In this document: positions 10,828 to 20,946 of the stretch, piece after piece
How the letters are laid out: every line of letters starts with the position of its first letter
Position numbering within the stretch: the stretch's first letter is position 1
Source of the DNA: Nitrosopumilus sp.
Lineage (GTDB): Archaea > Thermoproteota > Nitrososphaeria > Nitrososphaerales > Nitrosopumilaceae
DNA length: 64,000 bases
Reading direction: 5' to 3'
NCBI GenBank assembly: GCA_965204345.1
Contig: OZ241981.1
Location: 96,001-160,000 of the forward strand
Position numbers and translations under genes: made by a program
Notes under the pieces: generated by a model
Databases searched by the model: none
Told to the model about the DNA's origin: nothing
The model's input: the letters and a program-made list of their open reading frames with translations, nothing else

Positions 10828-10872
10828 CTTGCCGGGGCACAAGATTTTATTGCACCCCTTATTATTTACTGT

Positions 10873-11796
10873 ATGACTGACATGCTTTCTGATCTAAAAA
10901 AGGGAAGGCGCGGGGCAATTGCCAAGGCTATTACTGTTGTTGAAAATGATCAAAAGGAAGCAAAAAAACTGCTAAAGAAAATCTTCAAGGACTGCGGAAA
11001 TTCCAGCATCATTGGCATAACAGGGCCTGCCGGTGCCGGCAAGAGCTCGCTGATAAACAAGACTTCTCTTGCCCTAAAGGAATTGGGCTCAAAACCCGCC
11101 GTTTTGGCAGTTGATCCCACAAGCCATGTTACCGGCGGCTCTATTTTGGGAGATAGAGTCAGGATGAGCGAGTCCACTGATTCTGGGACTTTTATTCGCA
11201 GCATTGCGTCTCGCGGTGCAACCGGTGCCGTCTCTCGCTCATTGAGAAACAGCATACGTGTTTTAGAATATGCCGGATTTGACCCAATAATCATTGAAAG
11301 CGTTGGTGCAGGCCAAACCGAAGTTGAGATCTCAAACATTGCTGATATCACAGTCGTTGTCTTTAATCCCAATACCGGGGATAGCATTCAGACAATCAAG
11401 GCAGGCCTCACTGAGATTGGCGATATCTATCTTGTAAACAAAAGCGATCTGAGCGGAACAAACCAGCTCTTTGATGCAGTCCGTGATTTTATTGGCGATT
11501 CTAAGAGAAATCCCGTCATTTTAAAAACATCCGTGAAAAAAAATTCTGGCATCACAGTCTTTGCAAAAACCCTAAAAGACATGATAAAGTCCAAAAAAAA
11601 ACTCAAGGACATCAAAAATCGTGAGAGGCTTGAGGTGGAACTAAAGGATATTGTTTTAAATAACATAAAACAGAGCATTGATGAGATGCTGGTTTCTGAT
11701 AAAACCTTTTCAAGATATCTTAAAAAATTATACTCAAAGGACATTGATCCATTTGAAGCCGGGGATAAGATTACAAAATCCTTGCTAAAAAAGTGA
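10873..11796 (+). CDS. meaB: methylmalonyl-CoA mutase-associated GTPase MeaB/ArgK
   Basis: GITGPAGAGKS, VLAVDPTS...GDRVRM, ESVGAGQTE, NKSD; directly upstream of the mutase. Confidence 0.94.
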   Translation: MTDMLSDLKKGRRGAIAKAITVVENDQKEAKKLLKKIFKDCGNSSIIGITGPAGAGKSSLINKTSLALKELGSKPAVLAVDPTSHVTGGSILGDRVRMSESTDSGTFIRSIASRGATGAVSRSLRNSIRVLEYAGFDPIIIESVGAGQTEVEISNIADITVVVFNPNTGDSIQTIKAGLTEIGDIYLVNKSDLSGTNQLFDAVRDFIGDSKRNPVILKTSVKKNSGITVFAKTLKDMIKSKKKLKDIKNRERLEVELKDIVLNNIKQSIDEMLVSDKTFSRYLKKLYSKDIDPFEAGDKITKSLLKK

Positions 11797-11800
11797 TACT

Positions 11801-13402
11801 ATGGCTATAAAAAAATCTTCAAAATCAAAGGTTTCTGAAAAGAAAATTTTCACTGATTCTACTTTTCTGGTAAAACGAATCTATCAAAAATCTGGCAAGA
11901 AAAGATCCGTGGAGGATGCAGGAAAGTACCCTTTCACTAGGGGCATTCATCCTGGGATGTTCCGTGATAGGTTTTGGACCATGAGGCAGTATTCGGGATT
12001 CGGTGATGCAAAACTAACCAACGAGCGATTCAAGTTCATGCTTGAAAAAGGCCAGACTGGCCTTAGCATGGCCTTTGACTTGCCTACGCAGATTGGGTAT
12101 GATTCTGACTCTCCCCAGGCAGAGGGCGAAGTGGGCAAAGTCGGAGTCTCCATCACGTCAATTAGGGACATGATGACTGCCTTTGATGGCATTCCCTTGG
12201 GCAAAGTCAGTTCCTCGATGACTATAAATTCGACTGCATCCACGCTTCTTGCATACTATATTGCAGTGGGAGAATCCCAAGGATTCAAAAGCCATCAGCT
12301 GCGTGGAACCACCCAAAATGACATTCTAAAAGAATACATTGCAAGAAACACCTACATCTATCCCCCCCAGCCCTCGATGAGATTGATTGGCGACATGATT
12401 GGCTATTGTGCACAAAAAGTTCCTTTCTGGTATCCCGTATCTATCTCTGGATATCACATGAGGGAGGCCGGCTGTACTGCAACACAGGAGGTTGCATTCA
12501 CACTAGCCAATGCAATTGCGTATATTCAGACTTGTATCGATAAAGGATTGAAAATTGACGACTTTGCACCCCGCCTGTCTTTCTTTTTTTGCTGTACCAT
12601 GGAGTTCTTTGAGGAGGTCGCAAAGTTCAGAGTCGCAAGAAGGGTTTATGCAAAAATATTAAAAGAGACGTTCCATGCAAAAAATCCCCGCTCACTACAA
12701 TTAAAATTCCATACCCAGACTAGCGGTGAGTCACTAACTGCACAGCAGCCCAACAATAACATTGTTCGTGTTGCAATACAAACCATGGCAGCAGTTGCAG
12801 GAGGAACCCAGTCACTTCATACCAATTCTAGGGATGAGGCATTGGCACTTCCAACACAGGAATCTGCAAAAATTGCACTAAGGACACAGCAGATTGTGGC
12901 TCATGAAAGCGGCATTACAAAGACTGCCGATCCCCTGGCAGGTTCCTACTATCTTGAAGAGCTGTGCGACCAAATTGAGGACGGCGTCTGGAAGTATCTT
13001 AGGAAAATTCAAAAAATGGGCGGTTCTGTAAAAGCAATTGAAAAGGGCTTCTTCCAGTCCGAAATTCGTGCAAATGCCTACCGTCTCAAAAAAGAGACAG
13101 ATGATGCTGACAGGGTCATTGTTGGCGTAAACAGGTATTCTGAGGAGGAACAACAGCCCGAACTGCTTAGGATAGATGGCAGGATTGAAATTCAGCAAAA
13201 AAAGGCATTAAAAAAATTACGTGCAGACAGGGATCCTAAAAAACTGGAAAAAGCACTGTCTGCAATGCAGAGTGCCGCTGACACTGGAGACAATCTCATG
13301 CCTTACATTGTTACTGCTGCCAAAGCATTTGCAACTACTGGTGAGATTAGCAATACGTTCAGGGAGGTATTTGGCGAGTACCGCCCAAAAGAGGTCTTTT
13401 AG
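11801..13402 (+). CDS. methylmalonyl-CoA mutase large (catalytic) subunit
   Basis: YPFTRGIHP, WTMRQYSGFG, FDLPTQIGYDSD, GTTQNDILKEY, SISGYHMREAG, TQSLHTNS. Confidence 0.96.
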   Translation: MAIKKSSKSKVSEKKIFTDSTFLVKRIYQKSGKKRSVEDAGKYPFTRGIHPGMFRDRFWTMRQYSGFGDAKLTNERFKFMLEKGQTGLSMAFDLPTQIGYDSDSPQAEGEVGKVGVSITSIRDMMTAFDGIPLGKVSSSMTINSTASTLLAYYIAVGESQGFKSHQLRGTTQNDILKEYIARNTYIYPPQPSMRLIGDMIGYCAQKVPFWYPVSISGYHMREAGCTATQEVAFTLANAIAYIQTCIDKGLKIDDFAPRLSFFFCCTMEFFEEVAKFRVARRVYAKILKETFHAKNPRSLQLKFHTQTSGESLTAQQPNNNIVRVAIQTMAAVAGGTQSLHTNSRDEALALPTQESAKIALRTQQIVAHESGITKTADPLAGSYYLEELCDQIEDGVWKYLRKIQKMGGSVKAIEKGFFQSEIRANAYRLKKETDDADRVIVGVNRYSEEEQQPELLRIDGRIEIQQKKALKKLRADRDPKKLEKALSAMQSAADTGDNLMPYIVTAAKAFATTGEISNTFREVFGEYRPKEVF

Positions 13403-13801
13403 ATGAAAATTGATCATATTGCAATAGCAGTAAATGATGTAGAGGAATCCGCCAAAATTTACCAGCAGGCACTAGGTGTTAAGAGTGTGGAATTTGAAAC
13501 AGTAGAGTCTGAAGGAGTTAGAGTTGCAATAATTCATTTGGAGAATGGGCGTGTCGAACTAATGCAGCCAACAAATGATCAAAGTCCAATTAAAAAATTT
13601 CTTGACAAAAAAGGTCAAGGATTGCATCATATGGCATTGGATACTGAGAATATTGAAGGTGAGGTCAAGCGAATGGAGGGCTGTGGCATACAGTTCTTGG
13701 GTAAAATACGCCCTGGATCTGCAGGAACCAAAGTCACTTTTATTCATCCAAAATCGTTACACGGCGTACTGACAGAACTTTGCTCTCATCCCAAACAATA
13801 A
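13403..13801 (+). CDS. mce: methylmalonyl-CoA epimerase
   Basis: IDHIAIAV, VELMQP...FLDKKGQGLHHMA, FIHPK...GVLTEL; VOC fold; operonic with the mutase. Confidence 0.94.
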   Translation: MKIDHIAIAVNDVEESAKIYQQALGVKSVEFETVESEGVRVAIIHLENGRVELMQPTNDQSPIKKFLDKKGQGLHHMALDTENIEGEVKRMEGCGIQFLGKIRPGSAGTKVTFIHPKSLHGVLTELCSHPKQ

Positions 13802-13840
13802 AACCAAAAAAGAAAGCCAGAGATGCATATGCTATTTTTG

Positions 13841-14233
13841 TTATGCCTTGGTAGGATCTCTGCTCAATATGTTTAGCACATGCTCAACAATTTGTTTTTG
13901 ACCGCCTGCATGCATATCTGTCCGTACTGTATCAGAGCCCAAGCTAACAAAAATCAGATTCTCATCCCCCAATGGAAACGTCATACGTGTAATCTTTTCA
14001 AATGCTGCTACTGCGTACAACCCATTGCCTATTTTTGGCCTTAATTCTTTTCTGCCTTTCCAGGCGGTTGCTGCCCTTTTTAGCGATGATGCTGTCTCAT
14101 CTGGGGACAGGTAATTTGTAATTCCTTCTCTGTGGCTAGTTGAGAGAATATTCCCGTCCGTATCTGTGATTATGCTGTGTCTGATGTTTGGGTCCGAATC
14201 CATTATTCTCCTTAAGAGATTTTTAAAATCCAT
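13841..14233 (-). CDS. thaumarchaeal roadblock/profilin-like (DUF6659-like) protein
   Basis: DPNIRHSIITDTDG...KIGNGLYAVAAFEKITRMTFPL pattern; similar to 34553-34918. Confidence 0.7.
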   Translation of the reverse strand: MDFKNLLRRIMDSDPNIRHSIITDTDGNILSTSHREGITNYLSPDETASSLKRAATAWKGRKELRPKIGNGLYAVAAFEKITRMTFPLGDENLIFVSLGSDTVRTDMHAGGQKQIVEHVLNILSRDPTKA

Positions 14234-14351
14234 TCTTTATTTCACGTCAAAATATTACTTAAGAGTTCTGTGTTATTTTAAAAGTAGCTGTGTTGGCCTT
14301 TGTGATCTTACTTTGTCCTTGACATCTTGCAGATCTTGGCTATTCTTTGCA

Positions 14352-14448
14352 CAAGTCCCAAATAATAATCCAGTTTCAACTTTCTGACGCTGATGCCTGC
14401 TGTCTAGTTCTCTGCTGATTGCAAGTCCCAAATAATAATCCAGTTTCA
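14352..14448. repeat. 27-bp exact direct repeat pair with a 43-bp spacer
   Basis: CAAGTCCCAAATAATAATCCAGTTTCA at 14352-14378 and 14422-14448. Confidence 0.9.
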
Positions 14449-14546
14449 GCATCTGAAAATATGTTTGATAATGTCCAATTCCGGTTCTCGTTTTAGCAGT
14501 TACTCTCATAATTGCATCTTATTGCGTGTTTCAAACTTGAAGATAA

Positions 14547-15104
14547 CTATTCCATCATCTTCAAAGTATCCGAAGCCGTAATGATGCCTATGATCTTTGA
14601 TTTTTTTGAAACCAGGATACATTTTGAATATCTGATTAACGGAACAAGTACATTTGCTGGCGTGTCATAATTGACAATTGGCGGTATGGGGTCCATCGTA
14701 TCTGCAAGCTTTGCTTTTTTTAACTCTGATTCCCCTAAATCTGATAAATGCCTTACAATCCCGTCTTCTGAAATTACGCCTACTACCTCTGAATCATTAA
14801 AAACAGGAATTTGGCTGATTGATAACTGATGCATTTTTTTGATTGCATCATGAAGTGTGTTTGTTGGCCTTAATTTCACAATGTCCTTGCTGCAAAAATC
14901 CCCCGCCGTATGGGATGATGACTCTCCTTCTAGTTTTGCAAGACTTTCAAAAATTTTCTTTGCCGTATCATAACTTGGCTGGCTTCTTCCTGACTCTATT
15001 TGATTAATCATTGATGTGCTTACTCCTGTCATTATCGCAAGTTTTTTTTGTGTTATGCCTATCTTCTGCCTAATTTGCTTAATTGATTCAATTCTTGGCA
15101 GCAT
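14547..15104 (-). CDS. XRE-type HTH plus CBS-pair transcriptional regulator
   Basis: IRQKIGITQKKLA...GVSTSMINQIESGR HTH followed by two CBS domains (ISQIPV, IIGIITASD). Confidence 0.92.
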   Translation of the reverse strand: MLPRIESIKQIRQKIGITQKKLAIMTGVSTSMINQIESGRSQPSYDTAKKIFESLAKLEGESSSHTAGDFCSKDIVKLRPTNTLHDAIKKMHQLSISQIPVFNDSEVVGVISEDGIVRHLSDLGESELKKAKLADTMDPIPPIVNYDTPANVLVPLIRYSKCILVSKKSKIIGIITASDTLKMME

Positions 15105-15243
15105 CTCATTTTCAGTTAGATTTGGATGGTTTTAAAATATATTGAAAGTGAGTTTTTTGATAGCATTAATGTGCCTTTAGTGTGTTCAATTATGAGTAAC
15201 TGATTAATTCTATGGTATTTTAGTGTAAGATCAGTAGGCAGTA

Positions 15244-16863
15244 TTGATGAAAAAAAATATAATCATAAAAAATTTTGTCTTTCTGTCTTTTTGTGCCATT
15301 CTTCTTAGTTACGGTTTACAGCCTGCCTTTGCTGAAATTTTCTTTCCATCCACGAATTTCAGGCTTCAAGACAACCCTACTTTTTGTGTAGTTATTCCCG
15401 AAGATGACAATGTTCCTCAAGCGCAAAAAACTAGGTGGGTAAATTTGGCAGAACGTGCAGTATTGGAATGGGAAGCAAAATTAAAGGAAAAAGAAACAAT
15501 TAATCCTGATGTTTGGGACATTAGTGTAAAGATAGTCTCAGAAGATGACTCTAAAAATTGTGGAATTAACATTTCATTTAAAGACAAACCCAAGTTTGAA
15601 GGCACGATTATTGGGGTGTTTTGGTGGCCTCCTGCCTCCATTGAAATTTATTACTTGCAGTTCCAGCTGTGTGGTCTGTTTGGATGTTACAATGATGATG
15701 CTTTCATCTCTGATGATCACGTATTTGTTACTGTTTTACATGAGGTAGGCCATGCTATGGGATTAGATCATTATGTTTCTGATAATTCTGATATTAATTC
15801 ACAATGGAAAACTAGTAACAATGTGCCACCCTCGATAATGATTCCAACAATTCACAACACTCCTAGCATTCAACAAATTACTGATACTGACATTAACAAA
15901 GTTCGTGAAATTTATGGCAGTAATGGATTCAAAGCATTTTCCGTAATACCTGAGCCAAAGCCCGAGCCAAAACCTGAGCCAAAGCCCGAGCCAAAACCTG
16001 AGCCAAAGCCCGAACCAAAACCTGAGCCAAAGCCCGAGCCAAAACCTGAGCCAAAGCCCGAGCCAAAGCCCGAGCCAAAACCTGAGCCAAAACCTGAGCC
16101 AAAGCCCGAGCCAAAGCCCGAGCCAAAGCCCGAGCCAAAGCCCGAACCAAAACCTGAGCCAACACCTGCACCCCCAGCCGTAGAACCAATTCTTCCTGAC
16201 AGGCCATTTCTTGAAATAGAGGTCTCCAAAAAAATAATCAAGGTTCAAAACCACATACGTGATACAGTCAAAATTTCAGGAATTATATCTGGTGACAAGT
16301 TGCTACAGGGGCATCCTGTAATAATATCTGTATATTATCCTGATCAATCTGTAGAAATATTAAAAACATTAACTACACGCAGTGGCTACTTTGAAACATT
16401 ATTGATAATTGATAAAAATTCAATTCGGGGAGACTATCAGGTTTCAGTAAGCTATTTGGAGCATGTTGACAAAAACATGGATGTGTTTTTCAAAGTAATT
16501 GATGATACGGTTGATTCTGATGATGCTGTATTGGATGCATCTTCTGATAAAGAACAAAGTATCTCCACAGAATCTGTTTCTGGTTTGTTCTCCGTGTCTG
16601 TTATTCCTGAGTGGTTTAAAGATAATGCAAGATGGTGGGCTGATGGTCTTTTGGATGACGATACTTTTACTTCCGGAATGGAGTTTTTGCTTTCAGAGAA
16701 CATAATTACAATTCCAGAGTCTGATGTTGTTTTATCAAATCAGCCTATTCCTCCTTGGGTAAGATATAATGCTGGATTGTGGGCTGATGGTCTTTTGGAT
16801 GACGATTCCTTTATTTTGGATTTGAAATATCTTGTTGAGATTGGAATTATAAAAATAAACTAA
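15244..16863 (+). CDS. secreted matrixin-like (M10/M57 metzincin) protease with PEPK linker and thaumarchaeal C-terminal IPxW repeats
   Basis: Signal peptide, intact [11 protein letters not shown], Met-turn SIMIP, (PEPK)17, two IPx[14 protein letters not shown] repeats. Confidence 0.88.
   Translation: MMKKNIIIKNFVFLSFCAILLSYGLQPAFAEIFFPSTNFRLQDNPTFCVVIPEDDNVPQAQKTRWVNLAERAVLEWEAKLKEKETINPDVWDISVKIVSEDDSKNCGINISFKDKPKFEGTIIGVFWWPPASIEIYYLQFQLCGLFGCYNDDAFISDDHVFVTVLHEVGHAMGLDHYVSDNSDINSQWKTSNNVPPSIMIPTIHNTPSIQQITDTDINKVREIYGSNGFKAFSVIPEPKPEPKPEPKPEPKPEPKPEPKPEPKPEPKPEPKPEPKPEPKPEPKPEPKPEPKPEPKPEPKPEPKPEPTPAPPAVEPILPDRPFLEIEVSKKIIKVQNHIRDTVKISGIISGDKLLQGHPVIISVYYPDQSVEILKTLTTRSGYFETLLIIDKNSIRGDYQVSVSYLEHVDKNMDVFFKVIDDTVDSDDAVLDASSDKEQSISTESVSGLFSVSVIPEWFKDNARWWADGLLDDDTFTSGMEFLLSENIITIPESDVVLSNQPIPPWVRYNAGLWADGLLDDDSFILDLKYLVEIGIIKIN
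15949..16164 (+). repeat. 12-bp coding VNTR, (PEPK)x17 followed by PEPT
   Basis: CC(T/C)GA(G/A)CCAAA(G/A) units counted from 15949. Confidence 0.95.
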
Positions 16864-17259
16864 TTATTTAAATAATCTTTTATCAATATTTGATTTTTTA
16901 CTAGCATAAATTTATTTTTCATATGCGGGATTAATTCCTCCAAGCTCCTATCAAATATGTGATTTTGTCTTTTTTGCTGAGCACATAATGTACTTCCCAA
17001 TCCTTGTTTATTTCTAAAGTTTCTACAGATATTTCCTGACTTTGGCAATTAGATGATGATCTTTTTTATCGAGTCTGAACTATTGTCCCAATTCTGAGTC
17101 TGGCAATTGCGTCTAGTGTCTCAAATACTTGGATTGTTTTGAGCAGCCCCCTTCCTTATCATGATATTCTCAACTCATATACAATAAAAATCCGCAATAC
17201 TGCGTTATGCAGGCCTGCTGCGATGTGATTCCTGGCTTTGCCTGAATTTCAGACGGTTA

Positions 17260-19923
17260 TCACTTTTTTGATTTTTTCTTTGGCTGTTCTATTGCTGCCT
17301 GTGCTGCTGCAACTATTGCAATGGGAATTCTGTGTGGTGATGCACTCACATAACTCAAACCTACGCTATGACAGAATTTAATCGAACTAGGATCCCCCCC
17401 GTGCTCTCCGCAAATTCCAACTTCCATATTGGGTCTCAATGCCCGTCCTGCTGACACGCCAATTTTTATCAGGCTGCCTACGCCGTTGACGTCAATTGAT
17501 TGAAATGGGTTTTTTTCCAGCAGTTCCTTTTCCATGTATTCCGGAAGGAATTTTCCCTCGACATCTTCCCTGCTGAAACTAAATGTTCCTTGAGTAAGGT
17601 CGTTTGTGCCAAAACTAAAAAACTCTGCCGTAGTTGCAAGCTCACTTGCAGTAAGTGCAGCCCTGACGACTTCGATCATCGTGCCAAAGTTAATTCTTAG
17701 CTTCATCCTGTGCTTTGACTCTGTTTCCTTTTTTATCCTGTCATAGATTTCTTTGATGTGGTTTAGCTCTGCAATGCTGCTGATTTGTGGAATCATGATT
17801 TGAGGATGTGCCCTGACTTTTTTCTTTGTTAGTTCCACTAGTGCATCAAATACTGCCCGAATCTGCATTTCATAAATTTCAGGATACGTGATTCCTACAC
17901 GCACTCCCCTGTGTCCCATCATTGGATTAATTTCCGCAAGCTCTCTTGCTCTTTTCAGAAATTTTCTTGCCTCACTGACTTGATCCGTATTTCCGCCTGA
18001 TTCCAATTTTTGAATTTTTTGTACTAGTTCTTCTGGATTTGGCAGAAATTCATGCAGTGGCGGATCCAAAAGTCGGATTGTTACCTCATATCCCTCCATT
18101 GCTTTTAGAATTTCCATAAAATCACTTTTCTGTAACTGGCCTAGTCTTTTCAGTATCTTACTGCGCTCTTCAATATTTTCAGCCATGATCATCTCCACAA
18201 ACAAATTGATTCTGTCGCTGCCGTTGAACATTCTTTCTGTCCTGCATAATCCAATTCCCTGACCTCCAAACTTTCTTGCAAGCCTTGCCCCCTCTGGGGT
18301 ATCTGCATTTGCCCTAATCCCTATCCTCTTGGATTTTTGAGCCCAGTCCAGAATCTGCCTGAAATCTTTTGTCACTCTGGGCTCTACTGTTGGAATTTCC
18401 CCAACAAATACGGTTCCTGCACTTCCGTCAATTGAGATCATCTCTCCTTCCCTGACTGTGGTTCCATTTGCAGTACACGTGTTGTTATCATAGTCAATTT
18501 TTAATTCTGGACATCCGACGATGCATGGCTTGCCCATTCCCCTTGAGACAATTGCCGCATGGGATGATTTTCCTCCCAGGCTAGTCAAAATGCCTTCTGA
18601 TGAAAAGAACGCTGGAACATCCTCAGGCTTGGTCTCTTTTCTTACAAGGATTATCTTTTTGCCTGCATCCCCTAGTTCAATTGCCTTTTTGACATCAAAT
18701 ATCACTATTCCGCTTGCAGCTCCCGGCGATGCGGCAATTCCTTTTGCCAGCTGTTTGAAATTCTTAATTTTTGACTCATCCATGGTTCTGTGGAGCAGTG
18801 CCTCTAACTGTTGGGCGGGAATTCTTGTAAGTGCCTTGTTTTTATCAATCAGTCTTTCTTTTACCATGTCTACTGATGTCTTGACTAGTGCTGCTGCACT
18901 CATTTTTGCGGCTCTTGTTTGCAGCAGATAGAATTTGCCCTGTTCAATGGTAAATTCAATATCCTGCGGTTCCCTGAAATGTTTTTCTAATTTTGCACAT
19001 GCATTACTTAATTCCCTGTGGGATTTTGGCATGTCTTTTTTGAGTATTTCAATGCTCTTTCCTGTTCTTACTCCTGCAACAACGTCTTCCCCCTGGGCAT
19101 TGATCAGGTATTCTCCTTCTATCTCTTTTTTGCCATTATGGCCGTTTCTTGTAAACACGACTCCTGTTGCGCTGTCATCTCCCATGTTCCCAAATACCAT
19201 TGTAACTATGTTAACTGCCGTTCCGTTTGCAATATCTTTTGTAATGCCGTTTTTTTCACGATAGACTATTGCCCTCTCCCCCATCCAACTCTTAAAGACA
19301 GCCTCTATGGATAGGACCAGCTGCTCGTCAGGTGTGTCTGGAAACTTTCTTTTGGTATGTTCCTCACAAATTTTTTTGTATTCTGCCACGATTGATTTTA
19401 ATGATTCCACGCTTAGTCTGCTGTCATCTGAAACCCCCTGCCTGTCCTTTGCAGATTCTAAGACTAGATCAAATTTCTCATCATTTACGCCAAATACAAC
19501 CTTGCCAAACAGCTGAATGAATCTTCGGTATGAATCCCATGAGAATCGCGGGTTTTTAGTCTGTTCTGCAAATCCCTCCACTGTCTTTTCATTTAGTCCC
19601 AAATTCAATATGGTGTCCATCATTCCAGGCATTGAGATTGCTGCCCCTGAACGAACTGAAACCAATAACGGATTTTTTGTAGAATTCCATTTTTTGCCCG
19701 TCTTTTTTTCCATTTTTGCAATGTTTTTCATTACTGCTGGCATCACGTCCTTTGGAAGTTTTTTGCTGTTTTGATAATACTTGTTGCAAACCTCAGTAGT
19801 GATGATAAATCCCGGCGGCACTGGCAGCTTTAATCGGGTCATCTCGCTTAATCCTGCCCCTTTTCCTCCTAGCAGCATTCTTTTTTTGCTGTCTGCCTCA
19901 TCAAACGCATAAACTGGTTTCAT
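17260..19923 (-). CDS. ppdK: pyruvate, phosphate dikinase
   Basis: LLGGKGAGL, VSVRSGA..SMPGMMDT, GGKSSHAAIV phospho-His, GLCRTE, FSFGTNDLTQ, GICGEHGG. Confidence 0.97.
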   Translation of the reverse strand: MKPVYAFDEADSKKRMLLGGKGAGLSEMTRLKLPVPPGFIITTEVCNKYYQNSKKLPKDVMPAVMKNIAKMEKKTGKKWNSTKNPLLVSVRSGAAISMPGMMDTILNLGLNEKTVEGFAEQTKNPRFSWDSYRRFIQLFGKVVFGVNDEKFDLVLESAKDRQGVSDDSRLSVESLKSIVAEYKKICEEHTKRKFPDTPDEQLVLSIEAVFKSWMGERAIVYREKNGITKDIANGTAVNIVTMVFGNMGDDSATGVVFTRNGHNGKKEIEGEYLINAQGEDVVAGVRTGKSIEILKKDMPKSHRELSNACAKLEKHFREPQDIEFTIEQGKFYLLQTRAAKMSAAALVKTSVDMVKERLIDKNKALTRIPAQQLEALLHRTMDESKIKNFKQLAKGIAASPGAASGIVIFDVKKAIELGDAGKKIILVRKETKPEDVPAFFSSEGILTSLGGKSSHAAIVSRGMGKPCIVGCPELKIDYDNNTCTANGTTVREGEMISIDGSAGTVFVGEIPTVEPRVTKDFRQILDWAQKSKRIGIRANADTPEGARLARKFGGQGIGLCRTERMFNGSDRINLFVEMIMAENIEERSKILKRLGQLQKSDFMEILKAMEGYEVTIRLLDPPLHEFLPNPEELVQKIQKLESGGNTDQVSEARKFLKRARELAEINPMMGHRGVRVGITYPEIYEMQIRAVFDALVELTKKKVRAHPQIMIPQISSIAELNHIKEIYDRIKKETESKHRMKLRINFGTMIEVVRAALTASELATTAEFFSFGTNDLTQGTFSFSREDVEGKFLPEYMEKELLEKNPFQSIDVNGVGSLIKIGVSAGRALRPNMEVGICGEHGGDPSSIKFCHSVGLSYVSASPHRIPIAIVAAAQAAIEQPKKKSKK

Positions 19924-19958
19924 TTTTACGATTAAGCAACAATCTTAGAAAGGGGGTA

Positions 19959-20615
19959 TTAAACCATTGATTTGGCAAAATCAGCCATAATCCTGCTCCA
20001 ATTTTTTGCCTTGACAATTCCGCTTGCAACAAGAATTCCTTTGGAACCCAATTCCATTGCCTTTGAAACATCCTGACCGGAAACAATTCCTGCACCACAA
20101 AGCAGTCTTGTATTGTTTTTACTGCTTTTTACTACGTTTGCTGCCTTTTCAATCAGCTCTGGTTTTTCTGTGGAAACTGCCTTGCCTGATCCGATTAGCT
20201 CCGGCGGCTCTATGGCAATATAGTCCGGGTTTAGTTTTACATATTTTTTAACCTCCTTGAGATCTTTTACGCAAAGAACGGATATCATTTTCAGCTCCCT
20301 TAGTTTTAAAATTCTGCCTTTAATCTCCCTACTTGAAATTCTGTGCTCGCTGTGATTAACCAACGATCCCCTTACCCTTGATTTTTTCAACAGTTCTGCA
20401 ATTACAAATCCTGTCGTACTGCCAACACTGGAGTTGTCAATATGCTGGGCCAAAATGGGAACTGATCTGTTTGATACCAGTCCGATTAGATGCTGGGGCG
20501 GGGATACGGCAATTTTTATTCCGTATTTTTTAGAAATTTTTTCAGCCGTTTTTACAAATCTAATTATTTTATCTCCTGCAACTTCCTCATAGTTTTTACA
20601 ATTGATTACAAACAT
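19959..20615 (-). CDS. tpiA: triosephosphate isomerase (archaeal type)
   Basis: INCKNY, LVNHSEHR, IAIEPPELIGSG, LCGAGI. Confidence 0.95.
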   Translation of the reverse strand: MFVINCKNYEEVAGDKIIRFVKTAEKISKKYGIKIAVSPPQHLIGLVSNRSVPILAQHIDNSSVGSTTGFVIAELLKKSRVRGSLVNHSEHRISSREIKGRILKLRELKMISVLCVKDLKEVKKYVKLNPDYIAIEPPELIGSGKAVSTEKPELIEKAANVVKSSKNNTRLLCGAGIVSGQDVSKAMELGSKGILVASGIVKAKNWSRIMADFAKSMV

Positions 20616-20653
20616 CCCTCTTTCAAACTTTTTGCATTGTATTTAATTCTTCA

Positions 20654-20938
20654 TTAGGATGTTTTTGATATTCTGTCATATCTTTTTTTCATTCCCAACA
20701 CAATCATCATCAGAATAATTGCCGCAACATTTGTGCCTATTATGAAAATATCCTCCACAATAATTCCGTAAATTAGCCACAATATTGCCCCTGCCGAAAT
20801 AAAGATCATCAGAAATCTTGAAACATCTTTTAGGCTTTTTGTCTTGTATCCCTTGTAAATCTGCTCTACCCAACCTGTAAGAATCAGGATTCCTGCTGCG
20901 ACTCCAAGCACTGTCAGAAGCGTTCCATCGACTTGCAT
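20654..20938 (-). CDS. SemiSWEET/PQ-loop family transporter
   Basis: 94 aa, three TM helices, EQIYKGYKTKSLKDVS...LWLIYG...N. Confidence 0.85.
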   Translation of the reverse strand: MQVDGTLLTVLGVAAGILILTGWVEQIYKGYKTKSLKDVSRFLMIFISAGAILWLIYGIIVEDIFIIGTNVAAIILMMIVLGMKKRYDRISKTS

Positions 20939-20946
20939 CTTTTATT

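Noticed and set aside
3367-13801. Split methylmalonyl-CoA mutase with a separated B12 subunit
   Set aside because: Normal organisation for the thaumarchaeal 3HP/4HB cycle
14352-14448. Calling a CRISPR array
   Set aside because: Only two repeats, with no cas genes or leader; kept as a repeat
15799-16254. Minus-strand ORFs with GSGF, ALAR and LWLG repeats
   Set aside because: Antisense shadows of the PEPK VNTR in the matrixin gene
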